A stretch of 64,000 bases of DNA, from assembly GCA_045656565.1 (NCBI GenBank), contig JAZORH010000013.1, positions 65,968 through 129,967 of the forward strand. The letters are read 5' to 3'. The notes beneath the pieces are model-generated. The model was not told the origin of the DNA. It saw only the letters and a list, made by a program, of their open reading frames with translations, and did not search any database. The position numbers were made by a program, and so were the translations under genes. This document shows positions 22,000 through 31,965 of this stretch, in pieces (the stretch's first letter is position 1; the number at the start of each line of letters is the position of its first letter). The stretch comes from Candidatus Onthomorpha sp. Its GTDB lineage: Bacteria > Bacteroidota > Bacteroidia > Bacteroidales > P3.

Positions 22000-22662
22000 A
22001 TGGCAAATTATCAAAAAATAAATACGTTATTTAAACGTGAGGAAAAGACTAATAATATAATTTTAGGAGATTACACTTTTGATTATTTCAAAACATTAGA
22101 AGATACATTATGGGAATGTACTGAAAAGATAGATGGCACAAATATTCACATAGATATTGATTGGCGAGAAGAAAATGATTGGAGTATATCTTTTCATGGG
22201 AGGACTGAACGAGCAGATATTCCGAAACATTTATTGGATAAGCTACATAATATGTTTGATTCATTCAATCCAAATAACGTATTCACTTTCAAAGAGCCCA
22301 CTCTTATTCAACTATTTGGTGAAGGTTATGGTATAAATATTCAAAAAGGGAAAAACTATATAGCAGATGATGTAGATTTCATTCTATTTGATATCAGAGT
22401 AGGTAAATGGTGGCTACAAAGAAATTCACTTGAAGACTTAGCTCAAAAAATGGGATTAAAAATTGTTCCAATTATTGGTTATATGACTTTAACAGAAGCA
22501 ACAGAGTTTGTAAAAAACGGATACAAATCAACAATCGCTGAAAACAAAAATTATGATGCTGAAGGCTTGGTGTTAAAAACAAAAGATGGGTTACTCGACC
22601 GTAGTGGCAATAGAATTATTACTAAACTTAAAACAAAAGATTTCGCACATTTAACTAAATAA
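22000..22662 (+). CDS. Stand-alone Rnl2-like ATP-dependent RNA ligase nucleotidyltransferase domain
   Basis: All covalent nucleotidyltransferase motifs appear in order: I KIDGTN, III LFGEGYG, IIIa FILFDI, IV EGLVLK, V ITKLKTKDF. At 220 aa there is no appended C-terminal or OB domain. Confidence 0.75.
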   Translation: MANYQKINTLFKREEKTNNIILGDYTFDYFKTLEDTLWECTEKIDGTNIHIDIDWREENDWSISFHGRTERADIPKHLLDKLHNMFDSFNPNNVFTFKEPTLIQLFGEGYGINIQKGKNYIADDVDFILFDIRVGKWWLQRNSLEDLAQKMGLKIVPIIGYMTLTEATEFVKNGYKSTIAENKNYDAEGLVLKTKDGLLDRSGNRIITKLKTKDFAHLTK

Positions 22663-22670
22663 AACAAAGA

Positions 22671-22700
22671 AAAGGCGATTGAATTACTTCAATCGCCTTT
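22671..22700. terminator. Bidirectional terminator between the ligase gene and ppdK
   Basis: aaaggcgattgaa-ttac-ttcaatcgccttt, flanked by A-runs and T-runs on both sides. Confidence 0.7.
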
Positions 22701-22725
22701 CTTCATTTATGTATTACGGTTTTTA

Positions 22726-25437
22726 TTACTTTTCGCTAACTGCTGCTTGTGCTGCTGCAAGTCTTGCAACCGGTACTCTATATGGAGAGCATGATACATA
22801 GTTCATTCCGTTTTTGAAGAAGAATTTAACTGATTCTGGATCTCCTCCGTGTTCTCCACAAACGCCTACTTTTAGGTTTTGTTTTGTAGAGCGTCCTCTT
22901 TGAACTCCCAATGTAACTAATTGTCCTACTCCTTCTTGATCTAATGTTTGGAATGGATCTGCAGGAATTATTTTTTCTGCTTGGTAAGTTTCCAAAATAC
23001 CATTTACGTCATCACGAGAGAATCCAAATGTCATTTGTGTCAAGTCATTTGTTCCGAATGAGAAGAAGTCTGCTACTTCTGCAATCTTGTCTGCTACTAA
23101 TGTCGCTCTTGGTATTTCTATCATTGTTCCGTACAAGAAGTTGATTTTGCTGTTCATTGCTGCTTCTACTTCTGCGTGTACTCTATCGCAAATTGCTTTT
23201 TGGTGTTTCAATTCTGTTACAGATATTGTCAATGGAACCATGATTTCCAAGTGTGGATCAAAGCCTTCTTTTCTTAATTCTGCTTCTGCTTCGAATAATG
23301 CTCTGAATTGTGTTTCTGTGATTTCAGGATATGTAATTCCTAAACGAACTCCTCTTAATCCCATCATTGGGTTTACTTCTTCCAATGCTACGATTCTCTT
23401 GTTCAATTCTTCGCTATCAATGCCTAATTCCTTAGCTAAAGCCTCTACGTTTTCTTGTGTGTGAGGAACGAATTCGTGCAATGGTGGGTCAATCAAACGG
23501 AAGGTTACTGGCTTTCCGTTCATCACTTGCATTGTTCCCTTAACCGCTTTCTTAATGTATGGTAATAGTTCGTTCAACCAATGTTTTCTTTCTTCTGTTG
23601 AACCTGCTAATATCATTTTTCTTAAGATTGCAAGTGGAGTTTCTGAGTTTTCGCCGTAGAACATGTGCTCAATTCTAAACAATCCTATACCTTCTGCTCC
23701 AAATTCTATTGCTTGTGCAGCGTCTTGTGGGTTATCAGCATTTGTTCTTACGCCCATTGTTCTATATTTATCAACCAATTGCATAAATTGTTTAAACAAT
23801 TCGTTTTCTGATGCGTTGATTGTTGCTACAGCTCCTTCGTAAACTGTTCCTTTTGTTCCGTTTAAGCTTAATGTTTCTCCTTCTTTGTAAGTTTTTCCAC
23901 CCATTGAAACAGTTCTTGCGTCCATATCAATTTTCAATGAGCTACAACCTACTATACAACATTTACCCCAACCTCTTGCAACTAAGGCTGCGTGTGAGGT
24001 CATACCGCCTCTTTCTGTTAAGATACCTGTTGCTGCACGCATTCCTTCAACATCTTCTGGGTTTGTTTCTTCTCTAACCAAGATGTTTGCTATTCCTGCT
24101 TTTTCAAGACGCATTGCTTCTTCGCTTGTCATAGCTATCACTCCTACTGCACCGCCTGGACCTGCTGGTAAGCCTTGTGCTATCACTGTGTGTTTAGCTT
24201 CTTCTTTTGCATCAAGGATTGGGTGAAGTAATTCGTCTAATTGTTCAGGTGACACTCTGCAAATAGCTTCTTTCTCATTGATTAAGCCTTCGCCAAGCAT
24301 TTCCATTGCCATTGTAACTGCCGCAACACCTGTTCTTTTTCCTACACGGCATTGTAACATATAAAGTTTATTGTTTTGAATTGTAAACTCTATATCAAGC
24401 ATATCACGGAAATTCTTTTCCAAAATATCTCTTATATCACACAATTCTTTATATGTTTCAGGCATTACTTCTTGCATTGATGGCAAGTGCTTGTTTTGTT
24501 CTGTTTTTGTTTCGCTATTCAATGGATTTGGTGTTCTAATACCTGCTACAACGTCTTCTCCTTGTGCGTTTATCAACCATTCTCCATAGAATTGATTGTC
24601 TCCGTTCGCTGGGTTACGAGTAAATGCCACACCTGTTGCAGAATCATTACCCATATTACCGAATACCATTGCTTGAACGTTTACTGCAGTTCCCCAATCA
24701 TCAGGAATGCCCTCAATTCTTCTGTATGCAACAGCTTTTTTACCATTCCAAGATTTGAAAACAGCTCTAATACCACCTTCTAATTGTTTTTCTGCATCGT
24801 CAGGAAACTCTACTCCTATGTTTTCTTTAACCACTTTTTTGAATTCTTCTGCCAAATACATCAAATCTTCAGTAGTTAAGTCTGTGTCTTGTGAATATCC
24901 TTTTGAATGTTTGTATTCATCAAACATATCATCTAATAAACGACGAATACCAACGCCTTTACATGGTTCTAAGCCTTCTGCTTTTTCCATAACAACGTCA
25001 GCATACATCATAATCAAACGTCTGTATGAGTCATATACGAAACGAGGATTATTTGTTTTCTTGATCAATCCAGGTATTGTAGCAGAACATAATCCAATAT
25101 TCAACACTGTATCCATCATTCCAGGCATTGAGCTTCTAGCTCCTGAACGACAAGATACCAATAAGCAATTGTCCTTATCTCCATAAGTCATTCCCATTAC
25201 TTGTTCTGCATTCTTCAAACCATCTTTAACTTGTTGCATCAAATCAGCAGGCAATTGACATCCATTTGCATAGTAATCAGTACAACATTCTGTTGTAATG
25301 GTTAATCCTGCAGGAACAGGTAATCCTAAGTGACACATTTCTGCTAAATTAGCTCCTTTTCCCCCAAGCAGATTCTTCATATCTGCCTTACCTTCCGCAG
25401 TTTTGCCACCAAAGGTGTAAACATACTTTTTTGTCAT
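22726..25437 (-). CDS. ppdK: Pyruvate, phosphate dikinase
   Basis: 903 aa. It has the N-terminal ATP-grasp (GGKGANLAEM), the phosphohistidine swivel motif (GGMTSHAALVARG) and a PEP-utilising C-terminal TIM barrel (FFSFGTNDLTQ, VCGEHGGDP). Confidence 0.95.
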   Translation of the reverse strand: MTKKYVYTFGGKTAEGKADMKNLLGGKGANLAEMCHLGLPVPAGLTITTECCTDYYANGCQLPADLMQQVKDGLKNAEQVMGMTYGDKDNCLLVSCRSGARSSMPGMMDTVLNIGLCSATIPGLIKKTNNPRFVYDSYRRLIMMYADVVMEKAEGLEPCKGVGIRRLLDDMFDEYKHSKGYSQDTDLTTEDLMYLAEEFKKVVKENIGVEFPDDAEKQLEGGIRAVFKSWNGKKAVAYRRIEGIPDDWGTAVNVQAMVFGNMGNDSATGVAFTRNPANGDNQFYGEWLINAQGEDVVAGIRTPNPLNSETKTEQNKHLPSMQEVMPETYKELCDIRDILEKNFRDMLDIEFTIQNNKLYMLQCRVGKRTGVAAVTMAMEMLGEGLINEKEAICRVSPEQLDELLHPILDAKEEAKHTVIAQGLPAGPGGAVGVIAMTSEEAMRLEKAGIANILVREETNPEDVEGMRAATGILTERGGMTSHAALVARGWGKCCIVGCSSLKIDMDARTVSMGGKTYKEGETLSLNGTKGTVYEGAVATINASENELFKQFMQLVDKYRTMGVRTNADNPQDAAQAIEFGAEGIGLFRIEHMFYGENSETPLAILRKMILAGSTEERKHWLNELLPYIKKAVKGTMQVMNGKPVTFRLIDPPLHEFVPHTQENVEALAKELGIDSEELNKRIVALEEVNPMMGLRGVRLGITYPEITETQFRALFEAEAELRKEGFDPHLEIMVPLTISVTELKHQKAICDRVHAEVEAAMNSKINFLYGTMIEIPRATLVADKIAEVADFFSFGTNDLTQMTFGFSRDDVNGILETYQAEKIIPADPFQTLDQEGVGQLVTLGVQRGRSTKQNLKVGVCGEHGGDPESVKFFFKNGMNYVSCSPYRVPVARLAAAQAAVSEK

Positions 25438-25533
25438 CGTTTCAAATGAAATTAGTGAATAATATATTGTATAACTTAATACTTAAATTTCCCCGTTTTC
25501 TTCTAAAAAACACTTACCCAAAAAACGGAAGTG

Positions 25534-25541
25534 CAAAGATA
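25534..25541 (-). promoter_or_regulatory. -7 promoter element (TATCTTTG) of ppdK
   Basis: The reverse complement of caaagata, about 97 nt upstream of the ATG. Confidence 0.45.
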
Positions 25542-25656
25542 CAAAAAATAATATTGTCAAACTTGTTTAAGTAGCGTTTTTTGCTTTTTTGAAAGTATTT
25601 TCTTCTATTTTAAGTTTCAAGACACGCATTCTCTTAACAATTTTATTTTCTCTTCT

Positions 25657-27201
25657 CTATCGTCTTTGAAAAACTCTCTTAGCACCTCGTTCGCTATCCT
25701 CAACATATTCCAAAGCACCAATAGTTGGAGGATCTGGACGATAAACACCGTTAATATCAAAAGGTACGCCATAACTCCAAGCCCCATTACCCGCACCTAT
25801 CGCAGGAGAAGATACACCTACTCTTAAATCACCTTCCGCCGGGTCTTTGAATAATGGATCTGCAAATATACATGAGACAAAATTAGCATCCAGTGATTTA
25901 TCTTTTGATTTCAACACACAATTTTCAAACCTGTATCTACTTATACCACCCTCTAACAAATCCAATTCAATTTCTTCTTCAGCAAGACTTCCATATACTA
26001 TACAATTATAAAAATCCGCCTTATCCACAGGACGATATTGCACATTATAATTCACATCTACATAGTAATCATTCAACAATAAACACGCCTTTGTTCTTGT
26101 TGCATATCTCCAATAATTAGCAAAGGTACAATGAACGAACTCATAACTTCCCCCCATAGTTAAAGCGAGAGTATAATTACCGCAATTTTGCACTATTACA
26201 TTTTGACCTTCTATCCTCGCACCCCTTGAATAAACACCAATATATGAGCAATTTTCTATTCTTGTATTTTTCATACTTATCGTAGGAGATTGATTAACAC
26301 AAGTATCAACCAAAACACCTATGATGTTATTCTTTATTATAACATTATCCAAGACATTATCCTTACTTCCAGCAATAAATCTCACACACCCCCATTGACC
26401 AGCCGTTGAAGCATAATGTTCATCGTTTCTCATACTTTCAAAACGTATAGGCATAGAGGTTTCTCCTACAGCATTCAACGTTCCATCTTTATAAACCCAA
26501 AACTCAGATTCCTTATCGAAACAAAGCCTTGTTCCTGATGTTAAGTTGAGAGTATATGCCGAATCGACAACACAGGTACCCAAGATAACATGTGGCTTGT
26601 CGTTTTTCCAAGTAATCTCATTTCCATTTACCAGACATCCACTCCTATCTCCCCCTTCTTCTGCCAAGGAATACCATATAGTATCATAGCCACTTGAAGA
26701 AGCCGGATTTTCACTCAAAAGATAATGCTTTGGCTCATGATAATAAGCATCTTGTCCATAAGCATGAAGAAGTACTCTTTGAGTCTTTCCATTGAACCCA
26801 AATATAATTTCGTCTTCAACCAACAAAGGATTCGATTGGTCGTTTGGATTCAATTCCACTCTCACAAATATATATAAACTATCCTTTGCTCCTATTTCAA
26901 CATCTCTTACGACCAAATCAGTCGATGCATCTACATTAAGTCTAAAAAAACTGCTTGCTCCATTTTTCAACTTGACATAATCTATCTTCAAAGGCTTACT
27001 TTCGTTATTGTAAACCATCAATTTCTTGGTAACAGAGCCGAATGTAGTAAATATAGTATCAAATGACAAAGTGTCGTTATCAAAAGACAAAGACACGCCA
27101 TCTCCACTTGCATATTCGCCTTCGTCCACACAAGAAAAAAATACACTCGAAACGAGAGTTAAGAATATAACTCCAAAGATAAATTTACTCAATTTTGACA
27201 C
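25657..27201 (-). CDS. Right-handed parallel beta-helix repeat lipoprotein
   Basis: The lipobox is FFSC, followed by acidic residues. It carries PbH1-like repeats (NVIIKNNIIGVLVD..., IENCSYIGVYS.GARIEGQNVIVQNCGN). Confidence 0.6.
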   Translation of the reverse strand: MSKLSKFIFGVIFLTLVSSVFFSCVDEGEYASGDGVSLSFDNDTLSFDTIFTTFGSVTKKLMVYNNESKPLKIDYVKLKNGASSFFRLNVDASTDLVVRDVEIGAKDSLYIFVRVELNPNDQSNPLLVEDEIIFGFNGKTQRVLLHAYGQDAYYHEPKHYLLSENPASSSGYDTIWYSLAEEGGDRSGCLVNGNEITWKNDKPHVILGTCVVDSAYTLNLTSGTRLCFDKESEFWVYKDGTLNAVGETSMPIRFESMRNDEHYASTAGQWGCVRFIAGSKDNVLDNVIIKNNIIGVLVDTCVNQSPTISMKNTRIENCSYIGVYSRGARIEGQNVIVQNCGNYTLALTMGGSYEFVHCTFANYWRYATRTKACLLLNDYYVDVNYNVQYRPVDKADFYNCIVYGSLAEEEIELDLLEGGISRYRFENCVLKSKDKSLDANFVSCIFADPLFKDPAEGDLRVGVSSPAIGAGNGAWSYGVPFDINGVYRPDPPTIGALEYVEDSERGAKRVFQRR

Positions 27202-27210
27202 TATTCAGTC

Positions 27211-28317
27211 TTATTTAATTTCTATCAAAACATATTTTCTGTTACCCATTCCAAGTTTTTGGGCATAGTCTAATTGAGACAAACCGCTCTTTCCGCTTTC
27301 TTTCAAAAATGGATCTTCACATTTATGTTGTTCCGCCACCAAATCGAATGACGCCTGATCAATTGCCAATATATCCTTTGAAGCAACCATTCCAATATCT
27401 CCGCAGAAAGGCTTTGGTGCTCTTGAGGAACAATCACAAGAAGCGGATATATTTGCAAGTACATTGATAAATACCATCGGTTTTATCTTCCATGCAACAT
27501 AAGCGTATTCAACTAATCTTTCCATAAAAGTGCTACCAGCCAATTCTACTTGCTTTGGAGAAAACAACTTTAACGGGCATTCAGCAATACACTTCGCACA
27601 TCCAATACACCTAGTCGTATCTATAGTAATTCCACCCTCAATACTCAAAGCTGCAGCCGGGCAATTATTAACACAATTAGAGCAACCGACACACTTTTCC
27701 GGCGAATTGATTTGTGGATAATCGCTAGCGTGTTGAGCCATTTTTCCTCCCGGAGAGGCAAATCCCATTGCCAAGTTCTTTATAGCACCACCAAAGCCAG
27801 CCGAACCATGACCTTTGAAGTGGGTATAAATGATATATTTGTCGTAATTCACAAAATTCTTTCCCAACTTGACATTTTTATAATGCTTCAAGCCCATTCC
27901 ATCTGTAGGAATATCGATTTCGCCCTCACTATCCAAAATATCTATCGGAGCAAAGGTAAATCCGTGTTGTGCAGCCAAAGCAAGATGTCTATCGGTATAA
28001 CGTCTTTCTCCTACATAAAGCACATTTGTTTCAACCCATGTAGCTTTTGTCTTTTCCATCAAAGGACGTGTCAATTCCGGATTGAGAAAATTCTTATTTC
28101 CTTTTTCTCCAAAATGTAATTTAACTCCAATTTTACCCGAATTATCTTCGTTTAACGCCTCATATAGTTTCAAAACATTTTCGGGAGTTATCTCTCTAAT
28201 GAAATAAACAACCGAAACATCTTTTTGTCCATGGTAATCCTTTTCGTCTATACGCTGAGCAAACAGACCAAATGTTAGTACCGACAAACCTATAAATGCA
28301 AACAATTTCTTCTTCAT
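27211..28317 (-). CDS. DUF362-family protein with 2x[4Fe-4S] ferredoxin insert and an N-terminal hydrophobic signal or anchor
   Basis: It has two CxxCxxCxxxCP motifs (CVGCSNCVNNCP, CIGCAKCIAECP) plus a C-terminal CDCS. The N-terminus is MKKKLFAFIGLSVLTFGLFAQ. Confidence 0.65.
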   Translation of the reverse strand: MKKKLFAFIGLSVLTFGLFAQRIDEKDYHGQKDVSVVYFIREITPENVLKLYEALNEDNSGKIGVKLHFGEKGNKNFLNPELTRPLMEKTKATWVETNVLYVGERRYTDRHLALAAQHGFTFAPIDILDSEGEIDIPTDGMGLKHYKNVKLGKNFVNYDKYIIYTHFKGHGSAGFGGAIKNLAMGFASPGGKMAQHASDYPQINSPEKCVGCSNCVNNCPAAALSIEGGITIDTTRCIGCAKCIAECPLKLFSPKQVELAGSTFMERLVEYAYVAWKIKPMVFINVLANISASCDCSSRAPKPFCGDIGMVASKDILAIDQASFDLVAEQHKCEDPFLKESGKSGLSQLDYAQKLGMGNRKYVLIEIK

Positions 28318-28400
28318 AAGAATTTTGTATTTAGTTTTTAGAAATTAAAATCGCTCTTTTTCCCTTTATCGAAAACGCAACTTTGCAAAGTTATGATTTT

Positions 28401-28500
28401 TTCTTGATTTGAGTATTTTATTTCTTCGTTTTAATAAATTATTTCTTTGTTTTATTTTTCTAAAACGCCGTTTTGCCACAACCGATTCTTCGTTTTAACA
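28401..28500 (-). repeat. Intergenic cluster of five 21/22-nt units (same family)
   Basis: TTCTT(G/C/T)(A/G)TTT units start at 28401, 28422, 28443, about 28464 and 28486. Confidence 0.8.
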
Positions 28501-28537
28501 AGCTCATCATTTGAAAGGCTTTGCAAATTGCTTCAAC

Positions 28538-28577
28538 AAAAAAAAGCGGATTGCTTTATCCAACAAAAGCAATCCAC
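28538..28577 (-). terminator. Terminator after the nitroreductase gene
   Basis: The minus strand reads gtggattgctt-ttgttggata-aagcaatccgc followed by TTTTTTTT. Confidence 0.75.
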
Positions 28578-28620
28578 TTTTCATTCTAATTTTATTTTGT
28601 TTGGAAATATCCAAAAACCT

Positions 28621-29298
28621 TTATTTGGCTTTTATTTGCAAGCTATTTTTTGGACCTTGTTTCTCTTTATTTTCAACAATCTTGTTATTGCCAAATTTTT
28701 CCCAGTGAACCTTTTTCGGATTCCACTTTTCTTTGATTTTTTGTTCGCCTTCAGGAAATCCTATCGGGATTATATTCAACGGAACTATAAATTCAGGCAA
28801 CGCAAGAAACTCTTGCAACTTCAAAGTTCTATCTTTGTCAGGGTAAATCCCACACCAAACTGCTCCCAATCCTAAAGAATGTGCAGCCAATAATAGATTC
28901 TCTGTTGCGGCACTGCAATCCTGAACCCAAAACTCACGTCCTTCGCCTTCAATTGCGGCTTTCATATTTCCACAAACAATGATTGCAAATGATGCATTCT
29001 CTATGTATGAAGCGTTCTTAAACTCTTTTGCCAACGTCATTTTCATTTCTTTATCTGTAATAACGAGAAACTCCCATGGTTGCTTGTTCATAGCAGATGG
29101 AGCAGACATTGCAGCTTTCAAAAGCTCGTCTACATATCGTTTTGGCTCAGCTACCTTTTTAGAAAACGTCCTTACACTTGTTCTTGTTTTGATAACATTC
29201 AGCAGATCTTTCTTTCTCATTTCCTTATCTTGCGAATAAGCAAAACTGCTACAAGAAATAGCTAAAACTAAAAAAAGAATAATTTTTTTCATAAGCAC
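28621..29298 (-). CDS. Nitroreductase-family flavoprotein with predicted signal peptide
   Basis: The nitroreductase-fold motifs are RTSVRTFS, SAPSAMNKQPWEF and LGLGAVW. The N-terminus is MKKIILFLVLAISCSSFAYSQ. Confidence 0.75.
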   Translation of the reverse strand: MLMKKIILFLVLAISCSSFAYSQDKEMRKKDLLNVIKTRTSVRTFSKKVAEPKRYVDELLKAAMSAPSAMNKQPWEFLVITDKEMKMTLAKEFKNASYIENASFAIIVCGNMKAAIEGEGREFWVQDCSAATENLLLAAHSLGLGAVWCGIYPDKDRTLKLQEFLALPEFIVPLNIIPIGFPEGEQKIKEKWNPKKVHWEKFGNNKIVENKEKQGPKNSLQIKAK

Positions 29299-29402
29299 TT
29301 TTGTTTAATATTTATTTGGATAGATAACGTACCAAACAGCGTTTTATTATAAACTTTTATAAATAAGCGCAAGTAAAACCTCAATAACTCCGAACAAATT
29401 CG

Positions 29403-29410
29403 TATCTTTG
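29403..29410 (+). promoter_or_regulatory. -7 promoter element (TATCTTTG)
   Basis: It lies 28 nt upstream of the ATG at 29438, which supports the shorter start. Confidence 0.5.
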
Positions 29411-29437
29411 TGCCACGAAACAAAAACACATACTATT

Positions 29438-30745
29438 ATGAATAATACATACAAAGCAGTATCGGCTCAAGAAGCCGTTAAGGTTATAAAAAGTGGAGAC
29501 CATATCCACTTAAGCAGTGTTGCTTCTGCTCCTGCATGCCTTATAGAGGCAATGTGCGAAAGAGGAAGAAACAAAGAATTTAAGAATGTTTACATTCACC
29601 ACCTTCACACAGAGGGTCCTGCTCCTTATGCGAACGCTGAATTTGAGGGAATTTTCCAACACGACGCTTTCTTCGTTGGTGGTAACGTTAGAAAAGACGT
29701 TCAAGCTGGTTATGCAGACTATATTCCTATCTTCTTGAGCGAAACACAAAAATTATACAGAGAAGGATACTTGCCATGTGATGTTGCAATGGTTCAAGTT
29801 TGTCCTCCAGATGCTCATGGTTACGTTTCATTAGGAACAAGTGTTGATGCAACCTTGGCAGCTGTTGAAGTTGCTAAAACGGTTATAGCAGTTGTTAATC
29901 CAAATGTTCCTCGTGCTTTGGGCGATGCTTTGATTCCAATGTCAATGATTGATATCTTTGTAGAGGATTCAACACCTCTTATGCCAGCACACTTTTCTGA
30001 GCCAAACGAACAAGAAATTGCAATAGGAAAACACTGTGCTGCTTTGATAGAAGACGGAGCTTGTTTACAAATGGGAATAGGTGCTATACCAAATGCAGTA
30101 TTGGCACAATTAGGAAACCACAAGAACCTTGGTATTCACACAGAAATGTTTGCCGATGGAGTATTGCCTTTGGTTGAAAAGGGAATTATCAATGGTTCAA
30201 ACAAGAAATTGGACAAAGGTAAAATGGTTTCAACATTCTTGATGGGCAGTCAAAAGGTTTATGACTTTATTGACAACAATCCAATGGTTGCAATGATGGA
30301 CGTAGGTTACACAAACGACCCATTCGTTATTGCACAACAACCAAAGATGACTGCAATCAATTCAGCATTACAAATAGATATCACAGGACAAGTTTGTGCT
30401 GACTCTTTAGGAACAAAATTCTTCTCAGGGGTTGGAGGACAAGTAGACTTCATTTATGGAGCTTCTCGTTCAGAAGGAGGAAAAGCAATCATAGCTATGC
30501 CATCTGTAACAAAGAATGGAATATCTAAGATAGCAGATACCCTAACCACTGGAGCAGGTTGCGTAACTACAAGAAACCATATTCATTGGTTCGTAACAGA
30601 ATTTGGAGCTGTTAATCTATATGGAAAGAGCCTTCAAGAGAGAGCAAGATTGCTAACATCAGTTGCTCACCCTGATCACAGAGAAGCTTTGGATAAAGCC
30701 GCATTTGAAAGATACGGCTCACACTTCCACTTTATAAGCAAATAA
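29438..30745 (+). CDS. Acetyl-CoA hydrolase/transferase family enzyme (4-hydroxybutyrate / butyryl-CoA:acetate CoA-transferase-like)
   Basis: 435 aa from MNNTYKAVSAQEA. Family blocks are GIGAIPNAVL, HTEMF, SGVGGQVDF and GGKAIIAMPS. Confidence 0.8.
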   Translation: MNNTYKAVSAQEAVKVIKSGDHIHLSSVASAPACLIEAMCERGRNKEFKNVYIHHLHTEGPAPYANAEFEGIFQHDAFFVGGNVRKDVQAGYADYIPIFLSETQKLYREGYLPCDVAMVQVCPPDAHGYVSLGTSVDATLAAVEVAKTVIAVVNPNVPRALGDALIPMSMIDIFVEDSTPLMPAHFSEPNEQEIAIGKHCAALIEDGACLQMGIGAIPNAVLAQLGNHKNLGIHTEMFADGVLPLVEKGIINGSNKKLDKGKMVSTFLMGSQKVYDFIDNNPMVAMMDVGYTNDPFVIAQQPKMTAINSALQIDITGQVCADSLGTKFFSGVGGQVDFIYGASRSEGGKAIIAMPSVTKNGISKIADTLTTGAGCVTTRNHIHWFVTEFGAVNLYGKSLQERARLLTSVAHPDHREALDKAAFERYGSHFHFISK

Positions 30746-30876
30746 GACTCTATAAACAAAACAAGATAACCAATAAAACGCACAATCGAATTTTATTTTG
30801 ATTGTGCGTTTTATCTTTTTGAACAATTCTTTACTTGATTTGTTAGACTTACAAACAAACCATAAACAAACAAATC

Positions 30877-31410
30877 ATGAAAAGAATATTTTTAATCCTT
30901 ATTCCAATCTATTCTTTTGCAATCGCACTCACTTCTTGTCAAACAAACAAACCTGCAAAAGCAATAGATGTAAGCACAATAGACAATTTAGATGTTGCAA
31001 GGTATATGGGACGATGGTATGAAATTGCGAGATATGACCATCGTTTCGAAAAAGGCATGACTCATATTACAGCCGAATATAGCCTTATGACAAATGGTAA
31101 AATCAAAGTTGTAAACTCCGGAATCAAAAACGGAAAACCTAAAAGCATTACAGGAAAAGCACGTTTTCAAACCAAAGAGTCCAACGGCAAACTAGAAGTA
31201 TCATTCTTTTCATTCTTCTACTCGGACTATTACATCTTAGAACTTGACGAAGACTATCACTATGCCGTCATTGGCAGTCGCTCAGATGAATACCTTTGGA
31301 TTTTGAGCCGCACTCCTAAACCACCTCAACAAATCATCGACTCTTTATTAACAAAAATTCAAGCAAGAGGATACGATACTACTAATCTATACTTTGTACC
31401 ACAGAACTAA
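30877..31410 (+). CDS. blc: Bacterial lipocalin (outer-membrane lipoprotein Blc)
   Basis: The lipobox is LTSC, and the lipocalin signature is YMGRWYEIARYDHRFEKG. It is 177 aa. Confidence 0.85.
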   Translation: MKRIFLILIPIYSFAIALTSCQTNKPAKAIDVSTIDNLDVARYMGRWYEIARYDHRFEKGMTHITAEYSLMTNGKIKVVNSGIKNGKPKSITGKARFQTKESNGKLEVSFFSFFYSDYYILELDEDYHYAVIGSRSDEYLWILSRTPKPPQQIIDSLLTKIQARGYDTTNLYFVPQN

Positions 31411-31485
31411 ATTCTCTTTCAATCCATTATCAAAAGCAAGTTGCAGCTTTCAAAGCATAGCAACTTGTTTTTTTGTTTTTTTTCG

Positions 31486-31493
31486 TATCTTTG
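31486..31493 (+). promoter_or_regulatory. -7 promoter element (TATCTTTG) for ruvX-def-TPR
   Basis: It lies 50 nt upstream of the GTG start at 31544. Confidence 0.5.
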
Positions 31494-31543
31494 CAAGCAT
31501 ATAACGACATAACAAAAACATAGTACCATAAAATCAAAAAACA

Positions 31544-31960
31544 GTGGGCAGATTATTGGCAATAGATTACGGAACAAAAAGAGTCGGTTTAGCCGTAACT
31601 GACTATATGCAAGTAATAGCAACAAAACTCGCAACAGTATCTACAATCGATATATTCCCATACCTAAAAGAATATATGTCTCGCGAAGAGGTTGATGCGA
31701 TTGTGGTAGGCGACCCAAAGCAACTTGACAACACCCCATCGGAATCTGCAAAAGCAGTGAAAGTATTTGTAGATAATCTAGCGAAAGCCTTTCCTGAAAA
31801 AGATATATATATGATTGACGAACGTTTTACTTCAAAAATTGCAAGCCAAACCATAGCTCAATCCGGCTTAAAGAAGAAAAAACGTCAAGACAAAGGCTTA
31901 ATAGACACTGTTGCTGCCGTTTTGATTTTACAGGACTTTATGCAAATGAAAAAACATTAA
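31544..31960 (+). CDS. ruvX: Holliday-junction resolvase-like / pre-16S rRNA nuclease YqgF
   Basis: It has LAIDYGTKRVGLAVTD and DERFTS motifs and is 138 aa. Confidence 0.9.
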   Translation: MGRLLAIDYGTKRVGLAVTDYMQVIATKLATVSTIDIFPYLKEYMSREEVDAIVVGDPKQLDNTPSESAKAVKVFVDNLAKAFPEKDIYMIDERFTSKIASQTIAQSGLKKKKRQDKGLIDTVAAVLILQDFMQMKKH

Positions 31961-31965
31961 GATTT

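Noticed and set aside
28447-28875. 142-aa + strand ORF spanning the repeat cluster and the nitroreductase 3' end
   Set aside because: It starts inside the 21-nt repeat block, crosses a terminator hairpin, and is antisense to the nitroreductase C-terminus.
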